Source: Dehalococcoidia bacterium (GTDB lineage Bacteria > Chloroflexota > Dehalococcoidia > UBA2979). From it: a stretch of DNA of 64,000 nucleotides. Positions 1 to 9,594 of this stretch are shown here, piece by piece. Numbering within the stretch: the first letter of the stretch is position 1; each line of letters begins with the position of its first letter. The stretch covers positions 448,001 through 512,000 of the forward strand of contig CAXXDN010000001.1 in the NCBI GenBank assembly GCA_963667465.2, read 5' to 3'. A program made the translations under genes and the position numbers. Below the pieces are notes generated by a model that saw only the letters and a list, made by a program, of their open reading frames with translations, ran no database searches and was not told the origin of the DNA.

Positions 1-1
1 G

Positions 2-76
2 GAGCTCATCGACTACGACGCGTTCTGCGGCTCTCCACCGCTCGAGGCCCCCTCGGCCAACGGCGGCGGGCACTAG
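2..76 (+). CDS. 3' end of MoeB/MoeZ-like (ThiF family) sulfur-carrier adenylyltransferase, partial
   Basis: Frame reads ELIDYDAFCG...*, typical of the MoeB C-terminal region; lies directly upstream of a MoaD/CysO gene. Confidence 0.65.
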   Translation, partial: ELIDYDAFCGSPPLEAPSANGGGH

Positions 77-118
77 AGCGCGCGGCGCGTCCGGCGACGA
101 CAGGGGAGGGAGCTGGCC

Positions 119-394
119 TTGGAGGTGCGCGTCAACGTGACCTCGGTCATCCAGAAGACCGTCGGCGGGCAGCGCGAGCTGACCGCCGAGGGCGGCACCG
201 TCGCGGAGCTGATCGACGACATCGATCGGCGCTATCCGGGATTCCGCGACCAGCTCGTCGACGAGGGCGGGCAGTTGCACCGCTTCGTCAACGTCTACCT
301 CAACGACGAGGATGTGCGCTTCCTGGAGGGCGCCGCGACGGCGCTGAGCGAGGGCGACGAGGTGTCGATCCTGCCCGCGCTGGCCGGCGGCTAG
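119..394 (+). CDS. Ubiquitin-like sulfur carrier protein (CysO/MoaD/ThiS family)
   Basis: 91 aa, RFVNVYLNDEDVRFL motif, C-terminal AGG; GGAGGG RBS. Confidence 0.92.
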   Translation: MEVRVNVTSVIQKTVGGQRELTAEGGTVAELIDDIDRRYPGFRDQLVDEGGQLHRFVNVYLNDEDVRFLEGAATALSEGDEVSILPALAGG

Positions 395-409
395 CGGCGG
401 GCTGTCGCC

Positions 410-1378
410 GTGAGTGAGGCGGCAGCGCGGCAGAGCGGGCGGACGCCTGCCGCAAGCGTGCTCGACCGCATCGGCGCTACGCCGCTGGTCGACATCTCCG
501 TGATGTCGCCCAACCCCGACGTCCGCATCTACGCCAAGCTCGAAGGCGAGAACCCGACCGGCTCCGTCAAGGACCGGATTGCCTGGTGGATGGTCTCCGC
601 CGCCGAGCGCGACGGCCGCCTCGAGCCGGGCGAGACGATCCTCGAGCCGACCTCCGGCAACACAGGGATCTCGCTCGCGATGATCGGCCGCCTGCGCGGC
701 TACCCCGTGAAGGTCGTCATGCCGGACGCCGTCACGCGCGAGCGGGTCGAGCTGCTGGAGAGCTTCGGCGCGGAGATCCTCTACTCGCCGGGCGACCTCG
801 GCACCAACGGCTCGGTGCGCGAGGCGGAGCGCATCCACGCCGAGCACCCCGAGTGGTTCATGCCCTTCCAGTACGAGAACGAGGACAACCCGCGCGCCCA
901 CTACGACAGCACCGCCCCGGAGATCATCGAGGACCTCCCGGACACCGACGTGTTCGTCGCGGGGCTCGGCACGGGCGGGACGCTGACCGGCGTCGGGCGG
1001 CGGCTCAAGGAGCACAATCCGGCCGTACGCATCGTCGCCGCGGCGCCGCACCCGGGCGATCTCGTGCAGGGGCTGCGCAGTCTCGAGGAGGGCTACATCC
1101 CGCCCGTCCTCGACGAGTCCGTGCTCGACGGCCGGATCGTCGTCGACTCGGCGACCTCGTTCCGGCTGACGCGCGAGCTGACGGAGCGCACGGGCATCTT
1201 CGCCGGCGTCTCCAGCGGTGCGGCGGTGCGCGCCGCGCAGCGCGCGGCGGAGCGGATGCGCAGCGGCAACGTGGTCTGCCTGCTCGCCGACAGCGGCTGG
1301 AAATACCTGTCCTCGGGCCTCTGGACGCAGGACTACGACGACATCGAGGAGGACGTAAACACGACGCTCTGGTGGTGA
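410..1378 (+). CDS. cysM: PLP-dependent cysteine synthase, CysO-dependent CysM type
   Basis: AKLEGENPTGSVKDR, EPTSGNTG, GLGTGGT motifs; WKYLSSG C-terminal region as in actinobacterial CysM. Confidence 0.88.
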   Translation: MSEAAARQSGRTPAASVLDRIGATPLVDISVMSPNPDVRIYAKLEGENPTGSVKDRIAWWMVSAAERDGRLEPGETILEPTSGNTGISLAMIGRLRGYPVKVVMPDAVTRERVELLESFGAEILYSPGDLGTNGSVREAERIHAEHPEWFMPFQYENEDNPRAHYDSTAPEIIEDLPDTDVFVAGLGTGGTLTGVGRRLKEHNPAVRIVAAAPHPGDLVQGLRSLEEGYIPPVLDESVLDGRIVVDSATSFRLTRELTERTGIFAGVSSGAAVRAAQRAAERMRSGNVVCLLADSGWKYLSSGLWTQDYDDIEEDVNTTLWW

Positions 1379-1437
1379 ATCGGGGCGACGACGAGCGGCG
1401 GGCTGGGCCGAACGCTCCGCCGGAAAGGGGGAACAGG

Positions 1438-2262
1438 ATGGCTGACAAGCTTGTAACGGCGGACTGGGTCGCCGAACACGGCGGCGATTCGAACGTGCGC
1501 CTCGTCGAAGTGGACGTCGACACCGGCGCCTACGACGAGGGCCACATCGCGGGCGCCGTCGGCTGGAACTGGGCGACGCAGCTGCAGGACCAGGTGCGCC
1601 GCGACGTGATCGCGAAGGACGACCTCGAGGAGCTGCTCGGCTCGTCCGGGATCAGCAACGACACGCACGTGGTGCTCTACGGCGACAACAACAACTGGTT
1701 CGCGGCCTACGCGCTGTGGCTGCTCGAGCTCTACGGCCACGAGCAGGTCTCACTGATGGACGGCGGCCGCGTGAAGTGGATCGCCGACGGGCGCGAGACC
1801 ACGACGGACGAGCCCTCGGTAGGCCGCGCCAGCTACTCGGCGGCGGAGCAGGATCCGAACCTGCGCGCCCAGCGCGACGAGGTGCTCGCGGCGGTCGCGG
1901 CGCAGGCGCCGCAGCTGGTGGACGTGCGCAGCCCCGCCGAGTTCGCCGGCGAGATCATCGCGCCGCCCGGTCTACCGGAGACGGCGCAGCGCGGCGGGCA
2001 CATCCCGGGCGCGATCAACGTGCCCTGGGCGCGCGCCGTCAACGAGGACGGCACCTTCCGCAGCGCCGACGCTCTCCGCGAGATCTACGGCGGCGCGGGC
2101 GTCAGCGCGGGCGATCCGGCGATCGCCTACTGCCGCATCGGCGAGCGCTCCTCGCATACCTGGTTCGTGCTCAAGTACCTGCTCGGCCACGAGGACGTGA
2201 AGAACTACGATGGCTCCTGGACCGAGTACGGCTCGCTCATCGGCGTGCCGATCGAGACCTAG
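1438..2262 (+). CDS. Thiosulfate sulfurtransferase (two-domain rhodanese, CysA/SseA type)
   Basis: GHIAGA, YCRIGERSS active-site loop, NYDGSWTEY; start set at ATG 1438. Confidence 0.93.
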   Translation: MADKLVTADWVAEHGGDSNVRLVEVDVDTGAYDEGHIAGAVGWNWATQLQDQVRRDVIAKDDLEELLGSSGISNDTHVVLYGDNNNWFAAYALWLLELYGHEQVSLMDGGRVKWIADGRETTTDEPSVGRASYSAAEQDPNLRAQRDEVLAAVAAQAPQLVDVRSPAEFAGEIIAPPGLPETAQRGGHIPGAINVPWARAVNEDGTFRSADALREIYGGAGVSAGDPAIAYCRIGERSSHTWFVLKYLLGHEDVKNYDGSWTEYGSLIGVPIET

Positions 2263-2287
2263 CCCGGGACCGGTGGCGGCGGGCGCG

Positions 2288-2671
2288 ATGACCGAGCGGG
2301 ACCACGGGGCGCGGGGGTCGCAGCGCGCGATTGTCGAGCGGGCGGTCGCTCGCGGCGAGTACGGGCTGCTGACGCTGCGCTTCCGCGCCTCGGTGCTCGA
2401 CCGCTATCGCGAGCGGGCGGACGCGAAGCTGATCCGCACGCGCACGGTCGGCCGCATCGCAATCGTGCGCGGCTGGTCGATCGACGCGGGCATTGCGCCG
2501 AATGAAGAGGAGATCGAGGTGTTCGCAGCGGACTTCGCCGAGCGTCTGCCGGAGGCGGAGCGCGCGCACTGGCTCGACCACCTCGCGGTGCAGCCGTCGA
2601 GCGACAACTTCGCGTTGATGCGCCTCAGCGGGAACGCCTGCATCGACGACGGCGAGCCGGAGGCCTGGTAG
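2288..2671 (+). CDS. Hypothetical protein (127 aa) in sulfur-relay operon
   Basis: Fills the gap between the rhodanese and Mec genes with GC3-rich codons; C-terminal ACIDDG. Confidence 0.75.
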   Translation: MTERDHGARGSQRAIVERAVARGEYGLLTLRFRASVLDRYRERADAKLIRTRTVGRIAIVRGWSIDAGIAPNEEEIEVFAADFAERLPEAERAHWLDHLAVQPSSDNFALMRLSGNACIDDGEPEAW

Positions 2672-2673
2672 CG

Positions 2674-3105
2674 ATGCCGCAAATCCCTCGAGCCATCGCC
2701 GACGCGATCATCGCTCACGCTCGCGAGGATCTGCCGAACGAGGCGTGCGGCCTCGTGCACGCGAAGGACGGCGAGCCGGTCTCCGTGCACCGCGTGACCA
2801 ACGTGGCCGCCAGCCCCTACCGTTTCGAGATGCACGGCATGGAGCAGATGCGGCTGGAGCAGCAGCGCGACGAGCGAGGCGAGACGCTGTTCGCGATCTA
2901 CCACTCGCACGTCGCCTCGCTGGCCTACCCCTCGCAGACCGACGTGCGGATGGCGTTCTTCCCGCCCGGCGAGACGGACCGCGAGCCGGCCTACCCGGGG
3001 ACCATCTACCTGCTCGTCTCGCTCGCCGAGGAGCCTCCTCCGCTGCACACCTACTACATCCACAAAGGCGGCGTGATCGAGGAGATCCCCGCCAGGATCA
3101 CCTGA
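2674..3105 (+). CDS. JAMM/MPN+ (M67) peptidase, Mec-like CysO-cysteine peptidase
   Basis: PNEACG and IYHSH...YPSQTD JAMM motif; context with cysO/cysM. Confidence 0.9.
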   Translation: MPQIPRAIADAIIAHAREDLPNEACGLVHAKDGEPVSVHRVTNVAASPYRFEMHGMEQMRLEQQRDERGETLFAIYHSHVASLAYPSQTDVRMAFFPPGETDREPAYPGTIYLLVSLAEEPPPLHTYYIHKGGVIEEIPARIT

Positions 3106-3124
3106 TCGCGACGGGGTGCCCTCG

Positions 3125-3997
3125 ATGCCGTCCGAGCCGCCTGCCCAGCCGCCCCCGCCGATCACGATCGGCGGCCGCTGCTTCGAGTGGGGCCGCCGCA
3201 GCTACGTGATGGGCATCGTCAACGTCACACCTGACTCCTTCTCCGGCGACGGCGTCCTCGATCCCGCCGCGGCCGCCGACCAGGCCGCGCGCATGGTCGA
3301 GGACGGCGCGGACCTGATCGACGTCGGCGCGGAGTCCACGCGACCCGACCACGAACCCCTCGACGCGACCGGCGAGTGGACGCGCCTCGCGCCCGTGCTG
3401 CGGGCCGTACGCGCTGCCGTCGACGCGCCGATCAGCGTCGACACGGCGAAGGCGTACGTCGCCGAGCGCGCCTTCGACGCGGGCGCCGACGCCCTCAACG
3501 ACGTGCACGGCCTGCACGCCGAGTCCGCGCTCGCGCGGCTGCTGGCGGCGCGCGGGCTACCCGCCGTGCTGATGCACAACCAGCGCGGCCGCTCCTCCTC
3601 GGGCGACGTGATCGCCGACGTGCGCGCGGGCCTCGAGGAATCGCTCGCCATCGCCGAGTCGGCTGGCGTGCGGCGCGAGTTGCTGATCCTCGACCCCGGC
3701 TTCGGGTTTGGTATCGGCCCGCAGCAGAGCCTGGAGCTCGTGCGGCGGCTCGGCGAGCTGCGCTGCTTCGGACGGCCGCTGCTGCTCGGTAGCTCGCGCA
3801 AGTCGGCGATCGGCTGGGCGCTCGGGCGCGAGCAGGAGCCGCCGTCCGCGCGTGTGGCAGGGAGCGCCGCCACGGTCGCGCTCGCCATCGCCGCCGGGGC
3901 CGACGTCGTGCGCGTCCACGACGTGCGCGAGCTGGCCGATGTTGCGCTCGTGACCGATGCGGTCCTGCACGGGCGACGCCGCGAGGAGTCCGCATGA
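3125..3997 (+). CDS. folP: Dihydropteroate synthase
   Basis: [41 protein letters not shown]. Confidence 0.95.
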   Translation: MPSEPPAQPPPPITIGGRCFEWGRRSYVMGIVNVTPDSFSGDGVLDPAAAADQAARMVEDGADLIDVGAESTRPDHEPLDATGEWTRLAPVLRAVRAAVDAPISVDTAKAYVAERAFDAGADALNDVHGLHAESALARLLAARGLPAVLMHNQRGRSSSGDVIADVRAGLEESLAIAESAGVRRELLILDPGFGFGIGPQQSLELVRRLGELRCFGRPLLLGSSRKSAIGWALGREQEPPSARVAGSAATVALAIAAGADVVRVHDVRELADVALVTDAVLHGRRREESA

Positions 3998-4527
3998 CCG
4001 CCGGGGGCGCCGAGCTGCGCGTCTACCTCGGCATCGGCGGCAACCTCGGCGACCGCGTCGCCGCGCTGCGCACGGGCCTCGAGCGGCTCGCCGGGGCGGG
4101 CGTGACCATCGAGGCGGTCTCGTCGCTGTGGGAGACCGAGCCGTGGGGAGGACCGGCCTGCGCGGAGCCCGCGCCGGCCTACGCCAACGCCGCCGCCTGT
4201 GTGCGCAGCACGCTCGAACCCCTCGAGCTGCTGCGGCTCTGCAAGCGCATCGAGGTGGCGGCGGGGCGCGATCTGGACGCGCCGCGCAACAGCCCGCGCC
4301 CGCTCGACCTCGACCTGCTGCTCGCCGACGATCTGCGCTTCGAAAGCGAGGAGCTGCGGATCCCGCATCCGCGGATGCACCAGCGCGGCTTCGTGCTCGT
4401 CCCGCTCGCGGAGATCGCGCCGGACGTCATGCACCCCGTGCTCGGCCGCTCGATCGCAGAACTGCGCAATGCCGTGGGCCTCGATGGCGTCGAGCCGCTC
4501 GTGCCCCCGGGCTGGGAGTCGAGCTAG
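3994..4527 (+). CDS. folK: 2-amino-4-hydroxy-6-hydroxymethyldihydropteridine diphosphokinase
   Basis: [33 protein letters not shown]; ATGA overlap with folP. Confidence 0.95.
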   Translation: MTAGGAELRVYLGIGGNLGDRVAALRTGLERLAGAGVTIEAVSSLWETEPWGGPACAEPAPAYANAAACVRSTLEPLELLRLCKRIEVAAGRDLDAPRNSPRPLDLDLLLADDLRFESEELRIPHPRMHQRGFVLVPLAEIAPDVMHPVLGRSIAELRNAVGLDGVEPLVPPGWESS

Positions 4528-5264
4528 CGCTCCAGCAGCCGCTTGCGCAGCCGCCCGATCAGCGCCTCGTCGCCGCCGCCGAGGGCGAGCAGCGCCTCGG
4601 TCGAACCGAATCGCTCGTCGATGCCGCGTAGCAGCGAGGCCATCGTCTCGGGCGCCGCGTCGAGCATGGCTCGCGTGAGTTTGGCGCCGTACTGCTCGCC
4701 TCTCGCCGCGAGCTGCTCGTCGCTGAGGTCGCGCCACGCCGTCAGGTACTCGCGGGTGAGGGCATAGTCCTCGACGATCGTCTCGTCCGGGACGCCGAGC
4801 GTGCGCAGCAGCAGCGCCGACGTGACGCCCGTGCGGTCCTTGCCACCCTCGCAATTGAAGGCGACGGCCTCGCCAGCCGCGGCCTCCGTGATCGCGGTGA
4901 AGACCTCGCGAACCGTCGGCAGGGACTCCTCGATGCTCTGGAGGTAGTCGAGGTGCTCGCGGGATGGAGCTACGAGGTTCCCGCGGTAGGGCACATGGCG
5001 GTGCTCGACGCCGTGCTCGTGGAGCGCGGAGATTCCGGTGCGCTCGAGTTCGGCGGCGGACCGCAGGTCGAGCACGAGCGCGAGGTCGAGGTCGAGCAGG
5101 CGCCGCACGTCCTGCGGTGTCGCCTCGCTGAGCGTGCTCGAGCGGTACACGGTGCGCCAGCGCACGCGTGCGCCCTCGGACGTCTCGTAGCCGCCGAGGT
5201 CGCGGAAGTTCCGCACGCGCTCGAGTGGGAGGCGACGCTCGCGGGGCGTGGGCGGCTGGGTCAC
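4524..5264 (-). CDS. Tyrosine/lipid phosphatase family protein (IphP/MptpB-like)
   Basis: [22 protein letters not shown]-loop, DYALT; start set at GTG 5264. Confidence 0.88.
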   Translation of the reverse strand: MTQPPTPRERRLPLERVRNFRDLGGYETSEGARVRWRTVYRSSTLSEATPQDVRRLLDLDLALVLDLRSAAELERTGISALHEHGVEHRHVPYRGNLVAPSREHLDYLQSIEESLPTVREVFTAITEAAAGEAVAFNCEGGKDRTGVTSALLLRTLGVPDETIVEDYALTREYLTAWRDLSDEQLAARGEQYGAKLTRAMLDAAPETMASLLRGIDERFGSTEALLALGGGDEALIGRLRKRLLER

Positions 5265-5479
5265 GAGGTGGGTCCGGCCTCGTCGTCCCACTCGGCGTAG
5301 GCCATGGTGTAGCCGACCCAGAAGGCGAGGGCGGAGAGCACGGCGACACCGGCGCCGACGGGCAGCGCCAGCGCGGCGTAGGAGCGCCTCGAGGCCGCAC
5401 CGAGGAAGACGAACAGTTGCAGGATCGCGCCCGCCATGAGCAACAGGCCGAGCCGTCGCGAGCGCCCGGCGTCGTTCAT
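5261..5479 (-). CDS. Small two-TM membrane protein
   Basis: 72 aa with two hydrophobic segments; 4-bp overlaps with both neighbours. Confidence 0.7.
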   Translation of the reverse strand: MNDAGRSRRLGLLLMAGAILQLFVFLGAASRRSYAALALPVGAGVAVLSALAFWVGYTMAYAEWDDEAGPTS

Positions 5480-5694
5480 GCGTCACCGCCCCCGGCTGCC
5501 TCGGCCAGCTCAGGCGGCAGCAGGTTGGGGATGCCGTCCTCGATCCGGTAGCGGTGGTCGCAGGCTGCGCAGCGCAGCTCGCCGCGCACGATCTCCTCGC
5601 GGCCCTGCGCGTCCGTTCCGGCCTGCTCGACGGTCAGGGTCAACTCACCCTTGCAGACGGGGCAGACGAGGATCTCCAGCAGCTCGTGGCGCAT
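5476..5694 (-). CDS. Trm112 family protein
   Basis: LLEILVCPVCKG...C..C...YRIEDGIPNLL. Confidence 0.9.
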   Translation of the reverse strand: MRHELLEILVCPVCKGELTLTVEQAGTDAQGREEIVRGELRCAACDHRYRIEDGIPNLLPPELAEAAGGGDA

Positions 5695-5827
5695 CGAGCC
5701 TCCCTGCGCGCCCTCGGCGCGGCGGCGCCCAATGATAGGCGTTGCGAACCGGGGGCGCTCGCTGGTGGCCGCCGTGCGGCCTGACTACACTCGAACATCC
5801 GAGGGCGAGACGGACGGGGCTGGCGCG

Positions 5828-6511
5828 ATGGCAGAGCGGATCCCGCTACAGCGCGCCGTCGCCGTGATCGGCGACGAGAGTGTCGCGATCCGGCGCTCGC
5901 GCGCCCAGCTCGTCGCGCCGCTGATCCAGCTCGCGCTGGCCGGCGGGGCCGTCGCGCTGATCGTCGCCTTCCTCGATGCCCTGCCGATCGCGCTGCTCAT
6001 GGTGCTGCTTGTCGTCGCGCTGCTGATGGGGCCGATTGCCACGCTCGGGCTGGTCTACAACGTGATCGGCCGCTCCGTGCTGCTGGAGCAGCGGAAGCAG
6101 TCCGTACGCTGGCAGCAGGGCCTCCTCGGACTCGGCATCGGCACCGACGAGCTCGTGCCGTTCTGGCGCATCGACCACATCGCCGTCGAGGGCGACTACG
6201 ACGCCGAGCTGGCCGGAGGCCAGCGGCAGGACCTCGTGACCTGGGAGGTCGAGCTGGTGAAGGACAACGGCAAGCGGCTCACGATCGGTACGGTCGTGGC
6301 CGCTCGCCCGCTCGCGGACGAGGGCCTGGCGCGCGCCAATCGCCTCGCCGAGGCGATCGCGGAGCAGAGCGACTCGGAGGCGCGCCTCGCCGCGCTGCCG
6401 GACGAGCCGGACGACTCGCCCGAGGAGGCCGCCGCGCCGGGAGCCTCGAAGCCGCGCCGCCGCCGGCGCATGGTGCGCGCGGGATCAAGCCCGCCGGAGG
6501 CCGGACCGTGA
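5828..6511 (+). CDS. Hypothetical membrane protein
   Basis: Two N-terminal hydrophobic helices followed by a soluble domain; overlaps next gene. Confidence 0.7.
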   Translation: MAERIPLQRAVAVIGDESVAIRRSRAQLVAPLIQLALAGGAVALIVAFLDALPIALLMVLLVVALLMGPIATLGLVYNVIGRSVLLEQRKQSVRWQQGLLGLGIGTDELVPFWRIDHIAVEGDYDAELAGGQRQDLVTWEVELVKDNGKRLTIGTVVAARPLADEGLARANRLAEAIAEQSDSEARLAALPDEPDDSPEEAAAPGASKPRRRRRMVRAGSSPPEAGP

Positions 6512-6960
6512 CGGCCAGGGAAGGGCTGCCGGGCCGCGAGCCACTGGAGCGGCAGCTCCTGCGCGAGGCGAGCACGATTGCCGTCGTCGCGCGCTCGCCG
6601 CGCACCACCCGCCCCTGGCACGACGTCGCCGGCTACCTGATCGAGGCGGGGTATCGCGTCTACCTCGTGAACCCGCTGCTCGACGAGGCGCATGGGCGGC
6701 GCTGCTACGACCGCGTGAGCGAGCTGCCGGAGCGCGTCGACATCGTCGATGTGTTCCGGCGCATCCCGCAGGTCCCGGACGTCGTTGACGACGCGATCGA
6801 GGCGGGCGCCGGCGCGATCTGGCTGCAATTCGAGATCGTGCACGAGGAGGCGGCGGCTCGCGCGCGGGCTGCGGGGTTGCCGGTGGTGATGGATCGCTGC
6901 ACGAAGGTCGATCACCTGCGGATGCATGCGGACGCAGCAGGGGGTGGTGCGCTACACTGA
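6508..6960 (+). CDS. CoA-binding protein (YccU/CoA_binding_2)
   Basis: VNP, VDIVDVFRR, IWLQ, VVMDRC motifs. Confidence 0.9.
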   Translation: MTAREGLPGREPLERQLLREASTIAVVARSPRTTRPWHDVAGYLIEAGYRVYLVNPLLDEAHGRRCYDRVSELPERVDIVDVFRRIPQVPDVVDDAIEAGAGAIWLQFEIVHEEAAARARAAGLPVVMDRCTKVDHLRMHADAAGGGALH

Positions 6961-6997
6961 CGATCTTCCCCGCCAGGTATCGCGGAGAGGGGCGCGC

Positions 6998-8445
6998 TTG
7001 ATTCCGAGCCTGCGCGAATCCTGCGGCGTGATGGGCATCTTCGCCCCCGGCGAGGACGTGGCTCGTCTCACCTTCTTCGGCCTCCACTCCCTGCAGCACC
7101 GCGGGCAGGAGTCGGCCGGCATCGCCACCGCCAACGGCGACCCGGGGGTGCAACGCTTCGCCGAGATGGGCCTGGTCACCCAGATCTTCCACGAGGACGT
7201 GCTGTCCGGCCTCCAGGGCACCCACGCGATCGGCCACACGCGCTACTCGACCACCGGATCGAGCACCCACGTCAACATGCAGCCGCTCATCGTCTCCGGC
7301 CCGCAGGGCGAGCTCGCGCTCGCCCACAACGGCAACGTCGTCAACGCGGATCTGCTGCGCAGCGACCTCCTCGATGCCGGGATCGAGTTCCAGAGCGCGA
7401 CGGACTCGGAGGTGCTGGCGCAGCTGCTTGTCACGGCCCCCGGCGGCACCTGGGAGCAGCGCTTCAACTACGTGATGCGACGCGCCTCCGGGGCCTACTC
7501 GCTGACGCTGCTGACGCCGGACGCACTGTTCGGCGTGCGCGACCCGCTCGGCATTCGCCCGCTCTGCCTCGGGCGCCTCGGCGATGGCTGGGTGCTCGCC
7601 TCGGAGACCTGCGCGCTCGACACGCTGGGCGCGGAGTTCGAGCGCGAGATCGAGCCCGGCGAGGTCGTGCGCATCGACGAGGCCGGCGTGCAGTCATGGA
7701 TCTTCGAGGGCGAGCGCCCCGAGGGCCCCTCGCTCTGCCTCCTGGAGCACATCTACTTCGCTCGCCCCGACTCGATGCTGCAGGGCGAGCGGCTCTACGC
7801 GGTGCGGATGCGGATGGGCGCGCAGCTCGCGCGCGAGCACCCCGCGCCCGGCGACGTCGTGATCGGCATCCCGGACTCGGCGACCGCCGCGGCGGTCGGC
7901 TACGCGCAGGAATCCGCACCCCCTACGTCGAGGGCCTCGTCAAGAATCGCTACGTCGGGCGCACGTTCATCCAGCCCGACCAGCGGCTGCGCGATCGCGG
8001 AGTGGAGCTGAAGTTCAATCCGCTGCCGGAGCTGCTCGCCGGCCGGCGCGTCGTCGTCGTCGACGACACGATCGTGCGCGGCACGACCACGCCGCGTGTT
8101 GTGGCGATGCTGCGCAAGGCCGGGGCCAGGGAGGTGCACATGCGCATCACCTCGCCGCCGATCACCCACCCCTGCTTCTACGGCGTCGACATGGCGACAC
8201 GGGGCGAGCTGATCGCCTCGCAGATCGAGGTCGAGGAGATCCGCGAGCACATCGGCGCGGACTCGCTCGGCTACCTCTCGCTCGAAGGCACTGTCGGTGC
8301 GACCGGCCAGCCGCGGGGTGCGCTCTGCGCCGCGTGCTTCAGCGGCGAGTACCCGAGCGAGGTGCCGCTGCAGCTCGACAAGTTCGCTCTCGAAAGCGGC
8401 GGCTCGACCGATCGGCACGCGGTGCCGCTGCGCGCCGTCCACTGA
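6998..8445 (+). pseudogene. purF: Amidophosphoribosyltransferase split by a 1-nt frameshift near 7916 (sequencing error or real lesion)
   Basis: ESCG propeptide/Ntn Cys, [16 protein letters not shown] and AHNGN in one frame; [19 protein letters not shown] and [12 protein letters not shown] continue in another frame. Confidence 0.88.
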
Positions 8446-8512
8446 GCTCCATTGAGGATGGAAGACGGCGCATGATCCGGCCCGGCCCAACGCCTCCCCC
8501 GGAGTCCGCGCG

Positions 8513-9583
8513 ATGAGCCCTTCGACCGAACGCTCGCCCACCCCGCTGCGCTACGCCGACGCCGGCGTCGACGTGCAGGCGGCCGAGGCCAGCCTCGGAG
8601 GCCTGCGCCGGATCGCCGGGCGCGCAAGCCGCCCCGAGGTGCTCGGCGGCGTCGGCGCCTTCGCCGGACTGTTCCGCCTCGGCGACGGCTACCGCGACCC
8701 GGTGCTTGTCGCCAGCGCCGACGGCGTCGGCACGAAGCTGCTGATTGCCGGAGCGCTCGGACGCTACGAAGGCGTCGGGCAGGACCTCGTCAACCACTGC
8801 GTCAACGACATCCTGACCGCGGGCGCGGAGCCGCTGTTCTTCCTCGACTACCTCGCGACTGCCGGTCTGTCGCAGGAGCGGAGGCTCGAACTCGTCGCCG
8901 GCATCGGCACGGCTTGCGAGGAGAACGGCGTGGCGCTGCTGGGCGGCGAGACCGCCGACATGCCGGACCTCTACTCGCCCGGCGACTACGACCTCGCCGG
9001 CTTCATCGTCGGCGTCGCCGAGCGCGAGGCGATCATCGACGGCTCCGCGATCGAGGAGGGTGACGTGCTGATCGCGCTGCCCTCGACGGGGCTGCAGACG
9101 AACGGCTACTCGCTCGTGCGCGAGATCTTCGGCGTCGCCAAGGGCGGCGGCGGGGAACGCGACCGCGAGCTGCTGGACGAGTACGTCGGAGCGCTCGGCG
9201 GCACGCTCGGCGACGCGCTGCTGGCTGTGCACGGCTCCTTCCTCGAGGTCGTGCGGCCGCTGCTGCCGCGCCTGCACGGCATCGCGCACATCACCGGCGG
9301 CGGACTGCCGGGCAACGTGCCGCGGATGCTGCCCGCGGGCCTGCGCGCGCACATCGACGCCGCGAGCTGGACGCCACCACCGCTCTTCGCGCACATCCAG
9401 CGCGCGGGCGGCATCGAGGACGGCGAGATGTTCCGCACGTTCAACATGGGTATTGGCATTGTGCTCGTCGCGTCGCCCCCGGACGCGGCGGCCGTGCTGG
9501 AGGCGGCGCCGGGCAGCTGGCGCTGCGGCGGCGTCGAGCGCCGCGCCGAGGGCGCGCCGGCCGTCGCCGGGCTACCTGAGTAG
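8513..9583 (+). CDS. purM: Phosphoribosylformylglycinamidine cyclo-ligase
   Basis: YADAGVD, DGVGTK, PLFFLDY, GGETA, HITGGG, RTFNMGIG. Confidence 0.97.
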   Translation: MSPSTERSPTPLRYADAGVDVQAAEASLGGLRRIAGRASRPEVLGGVGAFAGLFRLGDGYRDPVLVASADGVGTKLLIAGALGRYEGVGQDLVNHCVNDILTAGAEPLFFLDYLATAGLSQERRLELVAGIGTACEENGVALLGGETADMPDLYSPGDYDLAGFIVGVAEREAIIDGSAIEEGDVLIALPSTGLQTNGYSLVREIFGVAKGGGGERDRELLDEYVGALGGTLGDALLAVHGSFLEVVRPLLPRLHGIAHITGGGLPGNVPRMLPAGLRAHIDAASWTPPPLFAHIQRAGGIEDGEMFRTFNMGIGIVLVASPPDAAAVLEAAPGSWRCGGVERRAEGAPAVAGLPE

Positions 9584-9594
9584 GGGGAGACACG

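Noticed and set aside
586-1437. N-terminal 284 aa of the 558-aa ORF suggesting a rhodanese fusion
   Set aside because: Arg-rich shadow frame overlapping cysM; the real start is ATG 1438
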